Assembly (NCBI RefSeq): GCF_900079115.1
Contig: NZ_LT549890.1
Coordinates: forward strand, 390,001 to 422,000
From: Saccharolobus solfataricus
GTDB taxonomy: Archaea; Thermoproteota; Thermoprotei_A; Sulfolobales; Sulfolobaceae
DNA length: 32,000 bases
Direction: 5' to 3'
In this document: positions 26,351 through 32,000 of the stretch, in pieces
How positions within the stretch are numbered: the first letter of the stretch is position 1
How the letters are laid out: every line of letters starts with the position of its first letter
The notes under the pieces: generated by a model
The model's database searches: none
The model's input: only the letters and a program-made list of their open reading frames with translations
What the model was told of the DNA's origin: nothing
Position numbers and translations under genes: made by a program

Positions 26351-27755
26351 ACATATAAGGACCTTCTTTTACATAGCCTCTTTTAGCATAGTATTCTCGA
26401 GCACCTATTCCAGATAAAACAGAAATTTTCCGCATATCGAATTCCTCTCTCGCAATCTTTTCAGCTTCGCTTAATAACTTACTTCCATACCCCCTATGTT
26501 GGAAACCCAATTCATCCCAGCTTCCTATAGGTACTTCTATCCCGTATACGTGAAGTTCTCTTACTATGGCCGTCTTTCCATCTATCTCTTTTCTATGAGC
26601 CTTATTTGATGTTATTCTTAATCGTAAATAACCTATTAAAATCTCTTTTTCATCCTCAAAAGATAGGAAAATTTCAGTACCTTCACTTGCTTCATAAACT
26701 TCCTTGTAAAGATGAATTTTAGTATGATCTGGTAATAATCCCCTATGTTGCCACATCATCCCAACTTCCCTAAATCTAATTTCATTAATCTTAATTCCTT
26801 TCTCCAAGACCTTTTTCTCTACCAATTCTCTTAAGTTTCCCTTTTTGTTACCATCTAAGATTACATTAGCAGGAATATCTCTTTGTATTCTCATCACTCT
26901 AACCCATTTAGGAATATATCTATACATTTCAGATATTAATTCAATTAAAGTCTCCGTACCATAAGGCTTATATAATCCCCTTCTCCATAAATTCGCTAAC
27001 GGCGCAGTTTCAACTACTAAGGTAGGATATATTTTCAACATATCCGGCCTAAAATTAGGATCAGAAAATATTGTCTTAAATGCCTCCAGATCCTTATCAG
27101 GATCTGATTTAGGAAGACCAAGCATTACATGATAGACCACTTTGAACCCTGAATCCTTCAGTATTCTAGTAGATTCTATGGAATCTTTTACGGTATGACC
27201 CCTATTGGTGAACTTTAAAATGTCATCGTATACAGTTTGCACTCCTAATTCAACTTTGGTTGCACCTAATCTTAGCATTTGATCTGCGTGCCACTCCTTA
27301 GCCCAATCCGGTTTCGTTTCAATCGTCATTCCTACACAACGTACTTCTGCCTTTTCGTTTTTCACTTGTGCATCTTCTAAATATACAAAAGAAGGTTTAT
27401 CATAACTAGGAAATCTATTCATAGCCTCTAAGGCATAGGTCACAAACCAATCTTGATAATCTATGGGTAATGATAGGAAAGTACCACCCATTATTATTAA
27501 CTCTACTTTACTTGGAGTATGTCCATTCTCAACATATTGTCTTAATCTTGACTGTACTTGATGGAATGGATCATAATCGTTTTCTATTGCCCTCATTAAA
27601 GTGGGTTCTCTACCATAGTAGCTTTGGGGGGTATCCACATCTACTCCTCCGGGACAGAATACACACTTTCCATGCGGACAAGAATGCGGGTGAGTCATTA
27701 TCGATACTATCGTAACGCCAGAAAGCATTCTAGTTGGTTTCCTTATTACTTGCAT
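26334..27755 (-). CDS. elp3: Elp3-type radical SAM/GNAT tRNA uridine(34) modification enzyme
   Basis: 473 aa. It has the [12 protein letters not shown] cluster, a radical SAM core, and a C-terminal GNAT domain ([10 protein letters not shown]). Confidence 0.92.
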   Translation of the reverse strand: MQVIRKPTRMLSGVTIVSIMTHPHSCPHGKCVFCPGGVDVDTPQSYYGREPTLMRAIENDYDPFHQVQSRLRQYVENGHTPSKVELIIMGGTFLSLPIDYQDWFVTYALEAMNRFPSYDKPSFVYLEDAQVKNEKAEVRCVGMTIETKPDWAKEWHADQMLRLGATKVELGVQTVYDDILKFTNRGHTVKDSIESTRILKDSGFKVVYHVMLGLPKSDPDKDLEAFKTIFSDPNFRPDMLKIYPTLVVETAPLANLWRRGLYKPYGTETLIELISEMYRYIPKWVRVMRIQRDIPANVILDGNKKGNLRELVEKKVLEKGIKINEIRFREVGMMWQHRGLLPDHTKIHLYKEVYEASEGTEIFLSFEDEKEILIGYLRLRITSNKAHRKEIDGKTAIVRELHVYGIEVPIGSWDELGFQHRGYGSKLLSEAEKIAREEFDMRKISVLSGIGAREYYAKRGYVKEGPYMSKQLI

Positions 27756-27831
27756 TAAACTATACTACTCTTTATTCATATTTAGGACTTACTGTGTTAA
27801 AACTTTAATATTTCCAGTAAGGTTATAACTT

Positions 27832-28464
27832 ATGAGAAAAGCAGTAATATTTGACCTAGATGGCACTTTAGCGAATACGGATGAAGTTCACAAATTAGCT
27901 TGGGAAATTGCTTTACGAAAACTGGGATATGACGTTAAAGTGGATATTAGATATTTGCTTGGTAGGAAAACGATAGACATAGCAAAGATTTTGATTGGGG
28001 AGAGTCATGCGGAAAAATTGGCTTCTGTAAAAACCGAAATTTATAACGAATTAGTGAAAACTTTGGCAAAACCTAAACCTTGCGTAATGGAGCTAATAAA
28101 TCGTTTGAGAGATGTGGAAATACCTATTGCAGTGGTAACCTCGTCGATGCGTAACTCTGCTGTTCAAGTTTTAAAGGTAATTAATGTAGAACCAGATGTC
28201 CTAATTACAGGGGATGATGTTAAACTAGGAAAGCCTAATCCTATGCCGGTAATAGAGGCAATTAAAAGATTAAATGTAGATCCTAATGAAAGCGTAGGAG
28301 TAGGAGATACAATCTATGATGTAATGGCATACTATTCAGCTGGAATAAGGGAGATTATAGTGGTAAGGAGTAGTGTTCCTCTAAATGTAGAAGAGGCAAG
28401 AAAGTACGATGCAAAGATATTGGATTCATTATGTGAAATATCGGATTGGTTTGAATTATTTTAA
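27832..28464 (+). CDS. HAD-superfamily hydrolase (beta-phosphoglucomutase/phosphatase-like)
   Basis: It has the DxDGT motif (FDLDGTLANT), VVTSS, and K...GVGDTIYD. TTTAATAT lies about 25 nt upstream of the ATG. Confidence 0.85.
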   Translation: MRKAVIFDLDGTLANTDEVHKLAWEIALRKLGYDVKVDIRYLLGRKTIDIAKILIGESHAEKLASVKTEIYNELVKTLAKPKPCVMELINRLRDVEIPIAVVTSSMRNSAVQVLKVINVEPDVLITGDDVKLGKPNPMPVIEAIKRLNVDPNESVGVGDTIYDVMAYYSAGIREIIVVRSSVPLNVEEARKYDAKILDSLCEISDWFELF

Positions 28465-28540
28465 TACTATCTAACCTCCCACTCGAATGAAAACAAAGTT
28501 TTTAATCTCACAATACGACTTTTCTTATAAGGATGGGAAA

Positions 28541-28825
28541 ATGTTAACAAACCCTTACGATTGGATCATAATACTAGTAGTAATTGCTGTACTATTCTTT
28601 GGAGCATCCAAAATACCAGAACTATTTAGATCGATGGGGAGAGCTGTTGGAGAGTTCAAGAAGGGTAGAGTAGAGGCCGAAATGGAGTTGCAGCAAATGC
28701 AAGCACAAAACCTTCAACAACCGTTAGTTCAACAACAGCAACCTAATGTTCAAGACCTAGAGAAACAAATAGCCGAATTACAGAAACAGTTAGAGGAGTT
28801 AAAGAAATCTAAGCAGAATCAATAA
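28541..28825 (+). CDS. tatA: twin-arginine translocase TatA/E
   Basis: The start is at M19 of the tracked ORF. MLTNPYDWIIILVVIAVLFFGASKIPELFRSMGRAVGEFKKG has a TM helix, the FG hinge and an amphipathic helix. The tail is Q-rich and then coiled-coil. Confidence 0.85.
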   Translation: MLTNPYDWIIILVVIAVLFFGASKIPELFRSMGRAVGEFKKGRVEAEMELQQMQAQNLQQPLVQQQQPNVQDLEKQIAELQKQLEELKKSKQNQ

Positions 28826-28837
28826 AATAATAAATAC

Positions 28838-28844
28838 TTTTTTT
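28838..28844 (+). terminator. oligo-T tract between the two tatA paralogs
   Basis: A T7 run lies 13 nt after the tatA stop. Oligo-T is the usual archaeal termination signal, so this could be an attenuating or partial terminator. Confidence 0.3.
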
Positions 28845-28848
28845 ACTT

Positions 28849-28854
28849 AGGTGA
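28849..28854 (+). promoter_or_regulatory. Shine-Dalgarno-like AGGTGA
   Basis: It lies 7 nt upstream of the ATG at 28862 and is complementary to the crenarchaeal 16S 3' end, as expected for an operon-internal gene. Confidence 0.4.
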
Positions 28855-28861
28855 GATAGGA

Positions 28862-29179
28862 ATGATTAGCAACTTAAGTGACTTTTTAGTAGTGGTAGTT
28901 GTGTTTATACTGTTGATGGCCGGAGATAAAAATGCTGGAAATACCACTAAGTCAATAGGGAGGTTTTTAGGTGAAATAAGGAAAAGACAAAACGAATTCA
29001 AGAACGAGTTAATGAGGGAATTGAATAGTGTAGAGGCTACTAATAACACTCCTTTTACTGGGTCTAATTTCAAATACGTAAAGGTTACAAATCAAGAAAG
29101 AGTTAAAGAATTAGAGGCTCAAATAAAACGATTACAAGAGGAATTGGAGAGGCTGAAAGCTAGTGACGGAAAGAACTAG
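28862..29179 (+). CDS. divergent TatA/TatB-like protein
   Basis: It has an N-terminal TM (FLVVVVVFILLMAG), then SIGRFLGEIRK (compare SMGRAVGEFKK in the upstream paralog). The hinge FG is replaced by AG. The coiled-coil tail is homologous to the TatA tail. Confidence 0.6.
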   Translation: MISNLSDFLVVVVVFILLMAGDKNAGNTTKSIGRFLGEIRKRQNEFKNELMRELNSVEATNNTPFTGSNFKYVKVTNQERVKELEAQIKRLQEELERLKASDGKN

Positions 29180-30047
29180 AGAGGTTGAAAAGCTTGAAGA
29201 AAGACCTTTAATAGAACATTTGAGAGAATTGGCGTACAGATTAAGGAGAATTTTAATTGCTCTCGCAATAACTTTTATGATATATTTCATGCTGGGTTTA
29301 GAATTAGTTAGAGTATATTTACCTTATCCATTCTTTGGTCTTAAATACGTTTTAGCGGAAGTTCCCGTTTTATACCCATCTCTATTTGATAGTATATCTG
29401 TACAACTGACACAGCTTTTCATATATAATGAGCTACCTAAAGGCGTGAAATTGATAATCATAAATTTGTTCGATCCACTTTTCGCATCCTTTTATATTTC
29501 CCTGTATCTGGCAATATTTACTACAATCCCTATCATTGTAAGGGAAATTTGGGCATTTGTAGCTCCAGGATTATATGAACATGAGAAGAAACTTTTCAAG
29601 AGTATAATATTTCCTGCCTTTTTATTGTTTGCCTTAGGTTCTGCCTTTGCTTACTTTCTTCTTATTCCCTTAATGTTAAGAATAATACTCTTATATGCTA
29701 CTGCTTTAGGTTCTGCAGTGGAGCCAACTTTAGGCCTAAGGTCCTTTGTAAGTACAGTAATGACATTGCTAATTGCTACTGGATTGTCTTTTGAACTACC
29801 CTTAATAATGGGCGGCTTAACGGGCGTTGGAGTTGTAAAGTCAATTACGTGGCTTAAAAATTGGAGATGGGGAGTTCTAGTATCCTTTATTATCGCATGG
29901 ATAATTTCACCAGGTACAACTGGAGGTATAATAGAAACAGTAATAGGAATAACCTTATCTACCCTATATTTTATTGGTGCATTAATAAGTAAGTTTATGG
30001 AAAAGGGTAGGAAGAAAGAATCCCAGAAAACTTTGGAAAGAATTTAG
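29163..30047 (+). CDS. tatC: twin-arginine translocase TatC
   Basis: 294 aa with a GTG start. It has the RPLIEHLRELAYRLRRIL N-terminus and 6 TM segments. It overlaps the upstream gene by 17 nt. Confidence 0.9.
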   Translation: MTERTREVEKLEERPLIEHLRELAYRLRRILIALAITFMIYFMLGLELVRVYLPYPFFGLKYVLAEVPVLYPSLFDSISVQLTQLFIYNELPKGVKLIIINLFDPLFASFYISLYLAIFTTIPIIVREIWAFVAPGLYEHEKKLFKSIIFPAFLLFALGSAFAYFLLIPLMLRIILLYATALGSAVEPTLGLRSFVSTVMTLLIATGLSFELPLIMGGLTGVGVVKSITWLKNWRWGVLVSFIIAWIISPGTTGGIIETVIGITLSTLYFIGALISKFMEKGRKKESQKTLERI

Positions 30048-30150
30048 AAAAATTACGTGATTCGGTTTATGAAGTTTTAACCATACGACTAAGGCAGCCG
30101 ATAGAATAAACTTCAATTTAATATTTTCTTATTCTAACTGAGCCAAAAAA

Positions 30151-30157
30151 TTTATAG
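30151..30157 (+). promoter_or_regulatory. TATA box for the ABC uptake operon
   Basis: TTTATAG is centred about 27 nt upstream of the ATG at 30181. Confidence 0.45.
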
Positions 30158-30160
30158 TTT

Positions 30161-30173
30161 GGATAGTCTATCC
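30161..30173. promoter_or_regulatory. candidate operator palindrome GGATAG-T-CTATCC
   Basis: A perfect 6+1+6 inverted repeat lies between the TATA box and the start codon of the binding-protein gene. Confidence 0.35.
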
Positions 30174-30180
30174 AGACATT

Positions 30181-31137
30181 ATGCCAAGCGTAAAAGCGAT
30201 TGGTACGATAGTAGCTATAATTATAGTAGTGAGTGTAATTTCCGTCTACTATTATTACAAGAGTTCTTCTACATTACAACCGGCTACTGTTAACAATAAT
30301 CTTAGAATTGTATCATTAGCACCTAGTGATACACAAATTCTAATAAGTTTAGGCTTAGGTAAATATATAGTGGGAACTGATTACTATTCATACCAGTTAT
30401 TGCAATCTCTTAACCTCACAAAGGATATACCATCTAATATTACAGTGTTTTCTCAAATATCTCCTCCAAATATTTCTGGCCTGCTACTATTACATCCAAC
30501 GGTTATTGTAGTTGAAAAAGGGCTTATAGGAAGTTACATAGAGCAAATGAAAGAAGCTGGACTTAACGTCTTAATTACGAATAATGATTTTGCAAGTACC
30601 TATTCCCAGATAGAAAATTGTATATTAAAAGTAGGAGAGTATTTTAATGTAACTAGTAAAGCTCAACAGTTAATAGATTGGATGAATCAGAAAATAAGCG
30701 ATTTCTCTACTGCAGGAAATGTAAGCGTAGCTTATTTATTATGGATATGCCCAGATTTAAGTTTCTACACCGCTGGCGGGAACGTTTTTATAAATAGCAT
30801 AATTGTTCAAGCGGGCGGTATTAACGTTTTTGCGAACTACTCTGGCTATCCATTATTAACCCCGTCACCACTATTGATAATAAAACCCTCTGTCGTAATT
30901 GCGCAGGAAGTATATAATTTAACTTACACCAACTACTTAATTTCCCAATATAAGGGAATAAATAGTAGTAATCTCTATATAATAGGAAATCTAGCAACTA
31001 ACCTATTAAATGAACCAGGACCACTTTCGGTGTATTCCATACAAGTTATTAAACTCATAATTGAGGGAAAGGCGCCACATTTCATTTCAGACAATTGGGT
31101 GATAAACAATCTTAATGTAACTCTGCCGGTGTTTTAG
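30181..31137 (+). CDS. ABC transporter substrate-binding protein, iron-siderophore/cobalamin (Peripla_BP_2) type, membrane anchored
   Basis: It has an N-terminal TM anchor, then RIVSLAPSDTQILISLGLGKYIVG, typical of FecB/BtuF-like binding proteins. Many N-x-S/T sequons are present. Confidence 0.8.
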   Translation: MPSVKAIGTIVAIIIVVSVISVYYYYKSSSTLQPATVNNNLRIVSLAPSDTQILISLGLGKYIVGTDYYSYQLLQSLNLTKDIPSNITVFSQISPPNISGLLLLHPTVIVVEKGLIGSYIEQMKEAGLNVLITNNDFASTYSQIENCILKVGEYFNVTSKAQQLIDWMNQKISDFSTAGNVSVAYLLWICPDLSFYTAGGNVFINSIIVQAGGINVFANYSGYPLLTPSPLLIIKPSVVIAQEVYNLTYTNYLISQYKGINSSNLYIIGNLATNLLNEPGPLSVYSIQVIKLIIEGKAPHFISDNWVINNLNVTLPVF

Positions 31138-32000
31138 ATGGTTCGTTTAAGTGGTATTTTTTTAATTATAGGATTTATTATTTCGTTTTTGCTTGGGTTA
31201 CTCTACGGTGATGTTACTATACCGATTAGCGAGATTTTCCATCCTAGCGGAGTTTACGCTTATATATTGCTTAACATAAGATTACCTACCTTAACTGTGG
31301 CAATTCTCATAGGTGCAATCTTATCCACATCTGGGGCAGTTCTTCAGATGTTATTGAGAAATCCACTCGTAGATCCCTATATAAGTGGGACAGCATCTGG
31401 TGGGGCTTTTGGGGCAGTTCTTACGTATTTACTGCTGATGCTTAATTTGCCCTTTTCATGGATAATATACTTCCAACCTTTGGTAGCATTCTTCACTGCA
31501 ACGCTAGCAACCTTGATAACCATAATGATTGGAAAGAAATCAGGATATCTTGGTCTTGTGATTGGTGGTGTTTTAGTCTCGTTCATTTTCTCATCTCTGG
31601 TAACGGTCATATTATCAGTAATGAGCGCTAAATATCCTCAAATACCCCCACTTACCTTTTGGCTCTTGGGAGATATTAGCGTAGTTGGCTGGTTTAATGC
31701 CATAATATTATCATTATTTGCCATTCTCTTACTTTACTTTAGCCTATCAAATTCTAGATTGATAGACTTACTATCAATAAGTGATGAGATTAGTTATTCT
31801 CAAGGGGTAAATCCTAATAAGCAGAGAGTCTTCTGGCTATTATTCATAAGTCTTGTAGTAGCTTACTGTGTTTCAATAGCCGGTATTATAGGATTTTTAG
31901 GCATAATAGTTCCACATATTATTAGGAGATTAATTGGAGGAAACACAAGCCAGCTAGTGATGTATTCCTCACTATTAGGTTCAACAATCTTAATTCTAAG
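31138..32000 (+). CDS. FecCD/BtuC-family ABC permease (3' end beyond window)
   Basis: My own translation from the ATG at 31138, 1 nt after the upstream stop: MVRLSGIFLIIGF...LRNPLVDPYISGTASGGAFG...GFLGIIVPHIIRRLIGG. The frame is open to the window end. It is not in the ORF track because it is truncated. Confidence 0.85.
   Translation, partial: MVRLSGIFLIIGFIISFLLGLLYGDVTIPISEIFHPSGVYAYILLNIRLPTLTVAILIGAILSTSGAVLQMLLRNPLVDPYISGTASGGAFGAVLTYLLLMLNLPFSWIIYFQPLVAFFTATLATLITIMIGKKSGYLGLVIGGVLVSFIFSSLVTVILSVMSAKYPQIPPLTFWLLGDISVVGWFNAIILSLFAILLLYFSLSNSRLIDLLSISDEISYSQGVNPNKQRVFWLLFISLVVAYCVSIAGIIGFLGIIVPHIIRRLIGGNTSQLVMYSSLLGSTILIL

Noticed and set aside
1821-31610. Other short tracked ORFs: 1821-2021, 4877-5095, 4925-5152, 5211-5564, 5912-6121, 6969-7292, 7521-7793, 8789-8971, 9139-9324, 11565-11792, 14488-14697, 14589-14885, 16653-16841, 18305-18502, 20324-20584, 20906-21220, 21765-22127, 23379-23633, 23913-24161, 25563-25790, 27470-27715, 28843-29073 and 31377-31610.
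   Set aside because: Each lies inside, and antisense or out-of-frame to, a longer ORF with recognisable family motifs. None shows a motif or a promoter of its own.
1-32000. Search for CRISPR arrays, tRNA/rRNA genes and other G+C-rich structured RNAs.
   Set aside because: I saw no regularly spaced direct repeats. The only clearly G+C-enriched segment is the IS element. No intergenic region has the length or composition of a tRNA. I cannot exclude small ncRNAs without covariance-model searches.

Overview
AT-rich crenarchaeal chromosome. It looks like Sulfolobales, Saccharolobus/Sulfolobus solfataricus-like. Support: TATA boxes about 25-30 nt upstream of start codons (leaderless-style), an XPB-Bax1 pair, a CdvB/ESCRT-III paralog, a Sulfolobus-type IS, and dense N-glycosylation sequons. 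About 38 densely packed genes, mostly housekeeping: AlaX, TrpRS, Mrp/NBP35, Fap7, Elp3, ADH, TatA/TatC, and an ABC uptake system. I saw no rRNA, tRNA or CRISPR array. Points worth a second look: (1) a compact NurA-like/HerA-like nuclease-ATPase pair (14.9-17.4 kb) outside any Mre11-Rad50 context, whose 5' end overlaps head-to-head with an HTH+ThiN-domain regulator; (2) a roughly 1.44 kb IS4-family element (ISC1439-like) inserted in a rhomboid protease gene, in the middle of a six-gene translationally coupled string (unknown 207 aa, S2P/M50 protease, rhomboid, 54-aa membrane ORF, Fap7, Mrp); (3) an EF-Tu/SelB-like protein with degenerate GTPase motifs plus an 89-aa partner; (4) a protein made of three tandem HTH modules; (5) two divergent TatA paralogs sharing a coiled-coil tail; (6) a B12-like-domain radical SAM enzyme of the clade that includes archaeal lipid-modifying enzymes; (7) compact bidirectional promoters and universal 3'-3' overlap of convergent genes. 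All functional calls rest on motifs read by eye from the supplied translations and my own translation of untracked regions. No database search was run.
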